Below the pieces are notes generated by a model, which made no database searches, was not told the DNA's origin, and saw only the letters and a list, made by a program, of their open reading frames with translations. This document shows positions 45,569 through 54,680 of a stretch of DNA of 61,113 nt, piece after piece; positions within the stretch are counted from its first letter, which is position 1; every line of letters starts with the position of its first letter. Made by a program: the position numbers and the translations under genes. This DNA comes from a virus (lineage: Duplodnaviria; Caudoviricetes), in IMG/VR virus record IMGVR_UViG_3300032050_000141, positions 1 through 61,113 of that record; one strand, given 5' to 3'.

Positions 45569-45884
45569 TGGTCAGCCTCTCCTTGGCGGCAAGGAACGAC
45601 GCCGCGCTGGCGGCCTTGTAGACAGCCTGCGTTATCGGGGCGTAGTCCCACACACCGAGGTCGCCCCAGCCATGGTCGCCATGGATTGCGGGGTCATCCT
45701 TGTGGTGGACCGAAGGTCGATCGACCCAGCCGTGGGGTGTAAAAGTCAGAATCCGGACCGTCGAGTCACCGGGCTGCTGGATCACGAACCCGATCGTCGG
45801 GTTGCTGAACGAGTGGATGTCCGTGCTGAACAGCACGATGTCACCAATCGCCGGCTGGGGCATCGACCAAGGCGTGTTAGCCAT
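45552..45884 (-). CDS. Hypothetical protein
   Basis: GGAGG RBS; PAIGDIVLF...SVHHKDDP...GVWDY. Confidence 0.7.
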   Translation of the reverse strand: MANTPWSMPQPAIGDIVLFSTDIHSFSNPTIGFVIQQPGDSTVRILTFTPHGWVDRPSVHHKDDPAIHGDHGWGDLGVWDYAPITQAVYKAASAASFLAAKERLTNVGSK

Positions 45885-47568
45885 ATCCTCCTCCATAGGT
45901 TGGGCCCAAATTTACATACCCGCCTTCTTCCTCGCCAAGCCTTTTCTTGCGGCGATCAAGCCATTTGACCCACCAAGGCTCGGATTCGGGGCGTGCGGGA
46001 GGTTCGTGGTAGCGGGGCCGGTACGCACACAGGTACTCCATGCACTGGACTATGTGGCACTCGCCTCTGGTATTGGGAGCGTCGGTCACCACGGCCACGC
46101 CGGACACGTAGTTGACCTTCTTCCTGTACCGCTTGATTTCTCGCTCCAAGTCTGGAACAGCGTTCTTCAGCACCCGCAATAGGGGAGTTCCGGTCTTCGC
46201 GCGAATATGCAGGCTGACGCGGGTGGCCTCGGTGCGGGCCGGGATGTCATCACAGCCAGCAAGAAAACTGGAGCCCGTGATCTCCGACCGGATGCCCCGC
46301 TGGATCAGTTGCTCGGTGTATTGCTCGCTCGGGAGCCGGCCAGACCCGATGTCTCGGATGCGGGCACCGTGGGCGTCGATGATGAACGCATGGAAATGGT
46401 GGTCGCGGACCTTTTCTTGGAACTTCTCCCCAAATACCGAGGCGTTGCACTGCCGCAAATACAGTTGGTCATAGAGCAGGAACATGCTCTCGTCTGGCGG
46501 CACGGCCACGAACAGCACGGCGGTGACGGTGTGGCCGGGGTCGATGATCGCGTACCGCGTCCAGTTGCTGGGAATCTGGCCGTTCTCCAGTTCCTCCCGG
46601 TTAAATCCGTGGATGGACATGTCGAAGTTGGGGTACATCAACACGGAATCCGTGATGAAGTCGCCTTCGGCACGCTGCCGCAGAACGTCAGGCCCGATCG
46701 CCGCCCACCGGGCGATGGACTTCTGCTTCTCGGTTTCGTTCAGGTAGGGGTTGTCCAAGAACCGCAACTTGAACAGCCGGATGGCGGACTTCTCACCGTG
46801 CAGGGCTTCCTGTTCCTCGGCTCGTTCCTTGAGCCCAATCAGTGCGTTGTTGGTGCTATGTGGCATAGCCGACCAGCACAGCCGTCCACGGCGGTCCACT
46901 ATGCGTCCCTGCATTTCAGGAACCCAGTTCTCGTTATTGATGTCCTCGTCTATATGAACACGGTCGGCACTGAACCCTTGTACGGGATCGCCCTCACTGC
47001 TGAAGAAGTAAATCGTCCACCCAGTATGGAGCGTGCATTGCTGTATGTAACGGGCAGACTTTAATACCCACGACTTGGATTTAACGAGCCGCTTCGGGAT
47101 CAACTCCGGCGCCGGCCGGGCCTCCCACCTGCGGTCTTCGTCGGTGGCGGGGTTGAAGACCCTCCACTCCCCAGTCTGCAAATCCTTGATGATCTTGAAT
47201 GCGCCCGGAAGAAACAGGGACGGGTACACGACCAGACCGATGTGCTTCCAGTCCTTCCCGATGATGACCAGAACGCCATCATTGGTGGGGTATTTCTTGA
47301 AGGGGTCTTGCCCCGTCACGGCGCGGGCGTCTTCCACGAACGTGGACAGGGACTTGCCGGAGCGGTTGCCGCCGATGACGAGGATTTCACTCGCCGGGCA
47401 CCGATGAATCTCCTCCTGCGCTGGGGTCGGCTGATAGAGTTTCAGCCCCTCCAGTTGCCGTTCCTTCAGTTCGTTCTGGAGTTCCTTGATCTTGTCCAGT
47501 TGGTGCTGGGACAGGTTCGGAATCTTGGGAATCTTCGGGGGATTCGCCTTCGGATGACGGCTTGGCAT
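45877..47568 (-). CDS. terL: Terminase large subunit
   Basis: Walker A GGNRSGKS, Walker B VHIDE, DNPYL, nuclease IDPG. Confidence 0.9.
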   Translation of the reverse strand: MPSRHPKANPPKIPKIPNLSQHQLDKIKELQNELKERQLEGLKLYQPTPAQEEIHRCPASEILVIGGNRSGKSLSTFVEDARAVTGQDPFKKYPTNDGVLVIIGKDWKHIGLVVYPSLFLPGAFKIIKDLQTGEWRVFNPATDEDRRWEARPAPELIPKRLVKSKSWVLKSARYIQQCTLHTGWTIYFFSSEGDPVQGFSADRVHIDEDINNENWVPEMQGRIVDRRGRLCWSAMPHSTNNALIGLKERAEEQEALHGEKSAIRLFKLRFLDNPYLNETEKQKSIARWAAIGPDVLRQRAEGDFITDSVLMYPNFDMSIHGFNREELENGQIPSNWTRYAIIDPGHTVTAVLFVAVPPDESMFLLYDQLYLRQCNASVFGEKFQEKVRDHHFHAFIIDAHGARIRDIGSGRLPSEQYTEQLIQRGIRSEITGSSFLAGCDDIPARTEATRVSLHIRAKTGTPLLRVLKNAVPDLEREIKRYRKKVNYVSGVAVVTDAPNTRGECHIVQCMEYLCAYRPRYHEPPARPESEPWWVKWLDRRKKRLGEEEGGYVNLGPTYGGGYG

Positions 47569-48064
47569 CTATCAGCACCCGCTGGGATAGGACGGCGAGC
47601 CGGAATCGCTCTTGCAGTTCGGTTTCAAGTTCGTCCTCGGTCCAGAGGGTAAGCGGCTTCTTGGCCCCGCCGCTATCCACGTTGCTCTGAATGAGCCGGC
47701 AAATCGTTTCCAGCACCTTGTTTCTGGTGCTGGTCCCGGGCTTTGCATCGTAATACTGCTTCACCATGATGGCGGCAAACCCCGACACGCCGCCGAAGTA
47801 TTCGCAAACCTTCTCCACTAACTCGGCCGAATGCGGGATATTGGACCCGCCGGCTTGGGCCAACTTGGCGTACAGGTCTACGCCAGAAGCCTCGATCTTC
47901 TTCAGGGCATTTGCCCGCTTGGCCTTCTCCTTGGCCCTCTGGTGCCTCCGCTGGGCCTTGTGGCAGGACAGGCAGACGTTAGTGAGCCCGTCCTTCTTGT
48001 GCCAATAGAAATGCTCCCGGTCTGGCGGGAACAGCGTACCACAATGGATACATGGCTGTGACAT
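47387..48064 (-). CDS. Probable terminase small subunit (N-terminal Zn finger)
   Basis: Immediately upstream of terL; CIHC...CLSC; WTEDELE motif. Confidence 0.5.
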   Translation of the reverse strand: MSQPCIHCGTLFPPDREHFYWHKKDGLTNVCLSCHKAQRRHQRAKEKAKRANALKKIEASGVDLYAKLAQAGGSNIPHSAELVEKVCEYFGGVSGFAAIMVKQYYDAKPGTSTRNKVLETICRLIQSNVDSGGAKKPLTLWTEDELETELQERFRLAVLSQRVLIDAKPSSEGESPEDSQDSEPVPAPTGQDQGTPERTEGTATGGAETLSADPSAGGDSSVPGE

Positions 48065-48073
48065 GCCCGGGAA

Positions 48074-48112
48074 TGATAACAGCCCGCCGAGGTTTCCCCC
48101 AGCGGGCTGTAT
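48074..48112 (-). terminator. Terminator-like hairpin after capsid genes
   Basis: acagcccgctggggGAAAcctcggcgggctgt followed by TATCATT. Confidence 0.6.
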
Positions 48113-48138
48113 CGTGTCACAAGTCTGGTCCGTGCGGA

Positions 48139-48744
48139 TCAGATTTCGTCGGAGTGGAGGTTGGCCCGGACGAGGGCACCGGCGGTGCCGCCGACCGAAG
48201 AACCGGCGATCTGGCTGGCGACCGTGGCGCCGGCGGACTTCGTGGTCACCCGGCCAGCGGTGCCCGTCACCTCGATGGCGGCGCCGGCCGCGATGGCCGT
48301 ACCGCTGGACTGGATCGAGGTCGGACCCTTGACCACCAGCCACACGATGTCGTTCGGGCGAACGTCCTCGGTGAGGTACTCGTCCAGAACGCCAATCGAA
48401 CGGCCATCCGTGTTCACGTTGGTCGCCGTGGCGACCGCCGAGAACTCCGTCATCGGGCCGTTGTTGGCGTCAGGACCGGCCGTCGAGGCCGTCGAGAAGG
48501 CGTACACCTTCCCGGCGTCGGCACTCGTCAGGTTGGTCGCACCGGTGTACCGGGCCGCCACGCAGTAGACGAGGCGGTTGCTGTTCCGGACACCCGTGGA
48601 AGGGTTAACGTCCTGAAACACCTTGACCTGCCCGACCAGTTCACGGCCCGCGACCGGCTTGCCGGCGCTATCAACGTCAATCGACTCTTGGTTGAGAAGC
48701 GTGCTACCGCGCCGCCAGCCCGGATCAGAGAAAATCGTGGACAT
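48139..48744 (-). CDS. Capsid decoration/cement protein
   Basis: Directly after major capsid; CAGGAG RBS; beta-rich, WLVVKGP. Confidence 0.65.
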   Translation of the reverse strand: MSTIFSDPGWRRGSTLLNQESIDVDSAGKPVAGRELVGQVKVFQDVNPSTGVRNSNRLVYCVAARYTGATNLTSADAGKVYAFSTASTAGPDANNGPMTEFSAVATATNVNTDGRSIGVLDEYLTEDVRPNDIVWLVVKGPTSIQSSGTAIAAGAAIEVTGTAGRVTTKSAGATVASQIAGSSVGGTAGALVRANLHSDEI

Positions 48745-48775
48745 GACTACTCCTGTGGAGTGATGGTTATTGGGA

Positions 48776-49942
48776 TCAAGCCGCGCTGGGAGCCGTGACG
48801 GGAGCCAGCAGGAAGAAGTTCCTCGGGCTCTTGAAACGCATGTTCCCGAGGGTGGAACAGGCGTACCTGTACGACTGCGTTTCCTCGGAGAAGTACGGCC
48901 CCTCGGCCATGAACAACTGGTTCTCCAGACACCGGAGTTCCATGTTGCCGATCGACAGGCCGAACCCGAGGCCGGGCGGAACGGCCGCCTCATGGCAAAT
49001 CTCGCAGCCGTCCTGTTCAAACACATCCGAGTAGCCAAACGACCGGAGGCCGTTCTCGCGGGTCACGATCGCCCGCTCCTTGCTCTCCAGTTGGTTCAGG
49101 TACTGGATAAACAACTTCCGATCAAGGACAACCATGTCGATCTGGCTCTCCTTGCTGTCGTTGCGCTTGCACTGGACGATGCCCTCACGGGTCGCCTGAA
49201 TGCAGTTCTCGGCCCAAGTACGCTTGTTCTTGAAGCCCGAGGCGTTGTAGTTGACGATGATGGGAGAATAGAAATCAAATTCAGGATCGACTGCGACATC
49301 GGGGAACGTGCCGGTGGTGGCGTTGAGCCGGCCACCGCCGTAATAGCCCAACTCCGTCGAGAGCCCGGCGTAGGTGTCCTTCGGGTAGCCGAAGCGATCC
49401 GCCGTGCCGCCCTTGTAGGTGCCGGACGCGGTGGTGTCGTTCTGCTTCACGCTCGGGCCATCCTCGTCAATCGTGCCGTCGTAGCCGAGGAACGAGAGGG
49501 CGCCGTGGAAGAAGTTCTCGTTGCCGGGGGCGTTACCGTCCACGTAGGGCTGGTAGGACAGGTACTGCTCCAGAGACTCCTGAAGCCGCTGCGCCATCTG
49601 CGAGGCGACGTTGACGAGGGCTTCCTTGCCACGGTTCTCCAGCAACTCGCGCCGGTAGATGCTGTCCGTGGTCGTAAACCCACGCCACGGGAGTTCAGCC
49701 CGCTTCCACATGTTGATGCGGCTGAATGTCCGAGGCGTGTCCCCGGTATTGCCCGTTACCGGAGCGTTGCGGTAGCGAACGTTCCAGTCAAAGCCTCGTC
49801 CAGACTGGTTCATCAGAATGTTGCCGGACGCCTCCAGCATCGTGAAGACCTTGAACCGCCGAAACACGGCGATTTCTTCTTCCCGCGTATGCTGGACGAT
49901 CGTTGTGGCAATTGCGCGAGCCCAGTCGGTTGGCGAAGCCAT
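48776..49942 (-). CDS. Major capsid protein
   Basis: 388 aa after scaffold; very strong C/G3 codon bias; HK97-like layout. Confidence 0.8.
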   Translation of the reverse strand: MASPTDWARAIATTIVQHTREEEIAVFRRFKVFTMLEASGNILMNQSGRGFDWNVRYRNAPVTGNTGDTPRTFSRINMWKRAELPWRGFTTTDSIYRRELLENRGKEALVNVASQMAQRLQESLEQYLSYQPYVDGNAPGNENFFHGALSFLGYDGTIDEDGPSVKQNDTTASGTYKGGTADRFGYPKDTYAGLSTELGYYGGGRLNATTGTFPDVAVDPEFDFYSPIIVNYNASGFKNKRTWAENCIQATREGIVQCKRNDSKESQIDMVVLDRKLFIQYLNQLESKERAIVTRENGLRSFGYSDVFEQDGCEICHEAAVPPGLGFGLSIGNMELRCLENQLFMAEGPYFSEETQSYRYACSTLGNMRFKSPRNFFLLAPVTAPSAA

Positions 49943-49973
49943 GGTTTTGATAACCCTTTCGTGTCAGTCGGGA

Positions 49974-51029
49974 TCAGTCGGGAAGACCTTGAAGATTGGA
50001 GTACATCCGTTCTGCAAAGGTCATAGGCTTTTGGGGGACTCTTGACTCGGGGGCGGGATTGGCTCGTCGCGTTGCGGTTCTGGACGCCTGCTGTCGCAGG
50101 TACTCCATGTTGCGTTGGGCCGAATCCTGTTGTTGCGGAACTGCCTGCGGGACAGCGGGCGCCGCTTGCGGCGGTGCCTGCTGGACTCGCGGCTGCATGG
50201 CCTGCTGGAGATTGGACAGTGCCAACTCTCGCTCGACCATTGCTGTCGCGTAGTCCCAACGAGCCTTGGCACCCTTGATGCCGAGGCCCCTTGCGTCCTC
50301 AATGAATTTCTGGACTAGAAGTCCCTCTCTGGATACATTCCCCTGCTGATCGTACAGCCAATCGCGGTTTTCGGCCTCAATTTGCTGTACAAGGGACTCC
50401 TCCTTGTACCCCGACAACTGACTTTCTGCGATTTCTTTGGCCCGATCGGCCACGATTTTCTCGATCATGGGGCCGAGAGCCCCCTGCGGATCGTTCAGAA
50501 ACTTCTGTGCGAAGTCGGCTTTGTAGGCTTGGTAGGCCGCCAACTGGTGCTGGGCGTCTAGCGGAGCCCCTTCGGCAATAACCTCTCGGCCGTTTTGGTC
50601 GCGGACGAGGTACTGCTTGTATGCGTCGTTGACCTTGGGCGGGTTCCACCACGCCTGCTCCTGCTGCGGGGCAGACTGCTGGACGGGGGCCTGCTGCGGG
50701 GCGGACCGGGACTGAAGCCACTGCTGGTACATCTCCCGGTTGGAGAGGTACTCGGAAGCCGCCGGCACGATGGACTGGTACTGCTGGAGGGCCCGGACGG
50801 CCTGCTGCTCCCGCTGCATCGACTGATACAGCCGGCCGGCAATCTCTTGGTCTGGAACGTTCTGGAACTGCGGCAACTGGCGGAACGCGGCGAATGCGTC
50901 CTGCTGTGCCTGCGTGGCCTGCTGGCTGGCTTCTGGCGCCGGGGCTGTATCAGCCTGCGGCTCCGAAGACTGCTCTGGAACGTCGGGCAGAACTTCGTCG
51001 GCAACTTCGGCGGATGAGTCGGTGTCCAT
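49974..51029 (-). CDS. Capsid scaffolding protein
   Basis: Acidic N-terminus, Q/A-rich helical body, directly upstream of capsid. Confidence 0.7.
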   Translation of the reverse strand: MDTDSSAEVADEVLPDVPEQSSEPQADTAPAPEASQQATQAQQDAFAAFRQLPQFQNVPDQEIAGRLYQSMQREQQAVRALQQYQSIVPAASEYLSNREMYQQWLQSRSAPQQAPVQQSAPQQEQAWWNPPKVNDAYKQYLVRDQNGREVIAEGAPLDAQHQLAAYQAYKADFAQKFLNDPQGALGPMIEKIVADRAKEIAESQLSGYKEESLVQQIEAENRDWLYDQQGNVSREGLLVQKFIEDARGLGIKGAKARWDYATAMVERELALSNLQQAMQPRVQQAPPQAAPAVPQAVPQQQDSAQRNMEYLRQQASRTATRRANPAPESRVPQKPMTFAERMYSNLQGLPD

Positions 51030-51095
51030 GGTTTTCTCCCGGGTGCCTAGATTTGCGGCTACGCGAGCCCGGCCATCAAGCCGCTTTTATTGCGG

Positions 51096-52292
51096 CTAAT
51101 TAGACAGCGCGTCAGACAGTTGCTGCCCCGTGCTGGCGACGGTGGCGCAGTTGGCGAGGCGGCCCCCCGAAAACGCGCCGAGAGCAGTCTCCACGTTGGC
51201 CTGCGTGAGGATGGCCGTGCCCGTGGTGTTATCCACGGGGACGCCGAGAGCGACCGAGCCAGCCGCAGGGACAGCCATCGTGCCGGTAGAGTTGCCGCCG
51301 TTGTAGACCGTGCCTGAACGTACATTCGACGCGGCTGGCATGAGGCCGCTCGCGTTTGCATCCACCAAAGTTTTTTTTGTGGTTCCGAAGCGATAGAGGA
51401 TGGCGACATTTGTAGGCTTGTCCGCGAAACGTATCAGTCCGCTGGTTGGACTTGCCCCTAAATCACCGTACTCAATTTCGTCTACCGTCGCTGTTCCGCC
51501 GGTGTGCGACACTCCAACGCCAGTGCTGTTCGCCGCACCCCTCGCCCTAGTAGCCGTGAGCGAAGCCCCCGCAACAGTCACGGCCGCGCCAGCCGCGACG
51601 TTGCCCGTCGCCGTGCCGACGATAGTGGCCGAGCCACCGGCTGTCCCAACCCCGACGCCAAATGCGTTTGTCGCCGCCCCGCCTGTTACGTTCCCAGTGA
51701 TATTGGCGGTGTTGTTTGATGTGCTTACGCCCACACCCGTAGCGCCGCCGGTCACGTTCCCGGTAATGTTGATGATGTTGCCGTTGGCGACACTACCGAC
51801 TCCCTGCCCGCCAGCGCCGCCAGACACGTTCCCGGTGATGTTGAACGTGACGTTTGCGCAATCTATGTGCAGGGCATTTCCGGCCGTCCCGCCCGTGATA
51901 GACCCGGTAATGTTTACTGTTGACCCATTTGCCATCCACCGGAATAGATTTGCACCGCCAGCCGTGAGATTGCCAATCAGCGAAAACGACGCCAACCCCC
52001 CGATCGTCTGAATCATGCCGTTTGCGCCATTGCCGGTGTTGTTGAGGTTTGCCGTCAGTGTCAACCCCGACGCCATCACGGTTAGAATGCCGCCCGGCGT
52101 GGCACCGCCAGTCGAATCGGAGCGAATCTCGCCAACCGTCATGCTGACGTTGAGGTTGCCGCTGAAGCCGTTTAGCACCAGCGTGTCGGCACTTGTAAAC
52201 GAAGGAAACAAGTCTGCGGCCGTGCCTGTCGGCGTGGTCGCCCAGATGGCCGCGTTGACGTTGCCGTTCGCTCGCGCGTAGTACGTCGGCAT
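51096..52292 (-). CDS. Gly/Thr/Asn-rich beta-solenoid fibre / receptor-binding protein
   Basis: Repeated NITGNVTGG; YYARANGN start; PAASNVRSGTVY C-terminal repeats. Confidence 0.7.
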   Translation of the reverse strand: MPTYYARANGNVNAAIWATTPTGTAADLFPSFTSADTLVLNGFSGNLNVSMTVGEIRSDSTGGATPGGILTVMASGLTLTANLNNTGNGANGMIQTIGGLASFSLIGNLTAGGANLFRWMANGSTVNITGSITGGTAGNALHIDCANVTFNITGNVSGGAGGQGVGSVANGNIINITGNVTGGATGVGVSTSNNTANITGNVTGGAATNAFGVGVGTAGGSATIVGTATGNVAAGAAVTVAGASLTATRARGAANSTGVGVSHTGGTATVDEIEYGDLGASPTSGLIRFADKPTNVAILYRFGTTKKTLVDANASGLMPAASNVRSGTVYNGGNSTGTMAVPAAGSVALGVPVDNTTGTAILTQANVETALGAFSGGRLANCATVASTGQQLSDALSN

Positions 52293-52293
52293 C

Positions 52294-52581
52294 TCACCAC
52301 CCCTTGCTTGCGATGAACTGCCCCAGCGCCGCCGTCATGGCCTGCACGCACGCCTGCTCCTGCTCGCTCTGGAGTTCCGCGAGCCGCCCGCGATAGACCG
52401 TGTAGGCCGCTGCGTCTGCCGTCACTACGCCAGCCTCCGCGTCGATCCGCGTGGGGATAACCCGCATGGCGATGGACATATCTCGCTCGCCTGCGGCGTT
52501 GTAAGCACTCGTCACGGCGAGGTTCACGCTGAGTCGGTCGTAAGTTTGGCCGTCGATCACTACTGGGTTCGCGCTCTGCAT
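52294..52581 (-). CDS. Fibre-associated small protein
   Basis: TAGGAG RBS; 95 aa. Confidence 0.65.
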   Translation of the reverse strand: MQSANPVVIDGQTYDRLSVNLAVTSAYNAAGERDMSIAMRVIPTRIDAEAGVVTADAAAYTVYRGRLAELQSEQEQACVQAMTAALGQFIASKGW

Positions 52582-52589
52582 GATTGCTC

Positions 52590-53183
52590 CTATGAGTATG
52601 TGGCCGTGAGTCGGTCATCCCACGCCACGTTGGTAGCCGTCGCCGTCGAACTGATGGCACCGGCAGAGGTCAGGATTGTGCGGCGTATTTTCCACACGCT
52701 CGCGGAAGTCGCGGAGCCAGACGCGGCGCGCCCAATGTACGAGGTTGAGCCAACGGTGTCGGAGCGGACGGAAACGGCAGCGGCAGCGGCGACTGCGGCA
52801 CCGAAGTCCGTGATGTCGGCGGCAACGTGGGTATGGGCGCTGGGCGGGAAGGTCGCCGGCTTGTCGGTGAGGTCGTTCCACGAACTCACTCCACCACCGC
52901 CCCCCTGCGAGGCACTAGCCACGGCGGCGAGGTACGTGGCCTCGTCCAGTTCCTCCATGGCCTCGCTGGCGAGCAACGGCACGATGGCGGCAATGATGGT
53001 GGTGTACCCCACGATCCCATCGTCTACGGCCAGCAGCACCCGGCGGTAGGAGTCCCGTGGGGCGTGCAGGGGTGTCTGCACCACGCTTTTGCCGAGTGCG
53101 TTGGGATAGCCCAGTTGCGAATCCAGCCGCTCCCGCAGGCTTTCGTAGGTGGCCTCGGCAGTGATGAAATAACGCTGGCTCAT
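52590..53183 (-). CDS. Fibre-module protein
   Basis: WNDLTDKPATFPPSAHTH, YIGRA...WKIRR...WDDRLT. Confidence 0.7.
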   Translation of the reverse strand: MSQRYFITAEATYESLRERLDSQLGYPNALGKSVVQTPLHAPRDSYRRVLLAVDDGIVGYTTIIAAIVPLLASEAMEELDEATYLAAVASASQGGGGGVSSWNDLTDKPATFPPSAHTHVAADITDFGAAVAAAAAVSVRSDTVGSTSYIGRAASGSATSASVWKIRRTILTSAGAISSTATATNVAWDDRLTATYS

Positions 53184-53719
53184 TGGGCCCACTTGGCTTG
53201 CAAGTACCGGGTGACTGCCGCTGCTTGGTCAGCAGTCAGGGAGGACGAATACACCAGAATCTCCCCTACTAGCCCGGCGTAGAACGACTGGAGGGCCCCG
53301 TTCGACCACGCGGCGCCGACCCGGCTGTCCACCCACGACGGGTTGTTTTGGCCCGCTCCCGAGCCACTAGCCGTGACGATGCCGCTGGTTGATGGCGCCA
53401 GCGAGAACGACTGCGATCCGTTGGCCGCGATGTAGAGCAGCGTCTTGTTGCTGGTGGGCTGGCACACGGCAAATGCGTGCCACGCTGACAGGGCGATGGG
53501 CGGCAGGGCGAAGTTGTCGTTGATGCCGTCGAAGAACAACGCCGGCTTGCCGCCGATCGTGCCGGTGAGGGCTGGCTGGTTGTTAGTAGCGACCTGCGAG
53601 GCATTGCGCCCAAGGCCGGACTTGTCGGCCCACGCCCCGAGAGAAGGAGCGTCCGATGCGTCCAGCCACAAAGCAAGGTTGCCGATGGACCGTGGGTCCA
53701 GCCGACGAACGCGAATCAC
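53180..53719 (-). CDS. Compact LamG/concanavalin-like protein
   Basis: LALWLDAS..WADKSG..FDGIND..GEILVY..YLQAKW. Confidence 0.7.
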   Translation of the reverse strand: MIRVRRLDPRSIGNLALWLDASDAPSLGAWADKSGLGRNASQVATNNQPALTGTIGGKPALFFDGINDNFALPPIALSAWHAFAVCQPTSNKTLLYIAANGSQSFSLAPSTSGIVTASGSGAGQNNPSWVDSRVGAAWSNGALQSFYAGLVGEILVYSSSLTADQAAAVTRYLQAKWAQ

Positions 53720-54543
53720 AGGACTCTCCAGCGGTTGATGGCGCTGTGGTAGACCAACGTTGCCGACCCGCCGTCCGCGTAGAGAATGACGTTGCTGCTG
53801 AACGGCGAACGAAACCGGTTGGCCGCCGAACTGGATGCCGACTCATGGGCCAGCGTGATGGCAGCACCGCCCGAGGCGTTGGCGTTCATCAGCAGCACAA
53901 CGAATCCGTCCGGGATGCCCGTGGCAGAAAGCCCGGTGATGGTCACGGCGGCAGAGGAAGTTACGTAGAGAACGTCGGCCCTGCCCGGGTTCCAGTCGTT
54001 CTGGCCAGCGGACAAGGCCGCCGGCGACACACACACCGGAGCCGGGTAGTCGGCGCCGGTGCTGCGGTGCGAAGCAGCGTGGCTGGCTGGGGTCCGGCTG
54101 TCAGTGAGCCGGGTGTCCGAACCCAAGACCACCTCCGCTGCCGCAGCGTTGCCTGCGGCAGGGGCATTTCGGCTGGCGGCGGTGCCGGCATCGGTGACGT
54201 TGGCCAGAACATGCGTGTGACCCGTGGCCGAGGCCCCAATAGATGCCGGTGTGATGGCGTCCGTGCCTCCTGTCGCGTGGGACGCGGCATGGGCGGTGGG
54301 GGTCCGGCTGTTGGTCAGGCGGCTGTCAGAAGTGGCCACGGCCCCGATGGACGCGGGCGTGATCGCATCGGTGCCGCCGGTGGCGTGGGACGCAGAGTGC
54401 GCGGCCGGCGGGCCGCCGCCGAGGGCGGCAATGGCACCGAGGGTCACCTTGTTGGTGACCGACTGGTCGGAGCGGTCGGCCGGAACCACGGAGTCCGCGA
54501 AGGCTGATCCGGACGGCAGTGCTGAAATAGTGGTGTCTGGCAT
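53716..54543 (-). CDS. Fibre protein with HAASH repeats
   Basis: MPDTTISALP start; HxASHATGGTDAITPASIGA twice; DSRLT/DTRLT. Confidence 0.7.
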   Translation of the reverse strand: MPDTTISALPSGSAFADSVVPADRSDQSVTNKVTLGAIAALGGGPPAAHSASHATGGTDAITPASIGAVATSDSRLTNSRTPTAHAASHATGGTDAITPASIGASATGHTHVLANVTDAGTAASRNAPAAGNAAAAEVVLGSDTRLTDSRTPASHAASHRSTGADYPAPVCVSPAALSAGQNDWNPGRADVLYVTSSAAVTITGLSATGIPDGFVVLLMNANASGGAAITLAHESASSSAANRFRSPFSSNVILYADGGSATLVYHSAINRWRVL

Positions 54544-54677
54544 CAGTATTTGGCCGTGAGTTGGCTACCTGACTGGGTGGCAAGGTTGGAACCAGAGATG
54601 GTCTTCAACATGTATGTGGTGCGCGCGGCCGAAACAGAGGCAGTTTTCGGGGCCAGCGTTTTCTTGTCGATCGGCAT
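54543..54677 (-). CDS. Small fibre-module protein (44 aa; not in ORF track)
   Basis: Manual translation MPIDKKTLAPK...LKTISGSNLATQSGSQLTAKY; AGGAGG RBS. Confidence 0.6.
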   Translation of the reverse strand: MPIDKKTLAPKTASVSAARTTYMLKTISGSNLATQSGSQLTAKY

Positions 54678-54680
54678 GTT

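Noticed and set aside
51371-51378. T8 tract (also A7 at ~26045 and ~26223) as phase-variation or frameshift sites
   Set aside because: Short tracts within intact frames encoding Lys/Phe runs; no alternative-frame product evident.
54234-54400. DNA repeat inside the fibre gene
   Set aside because: Explained by the protein repeat HxASHATGGTDAITPASIGA.
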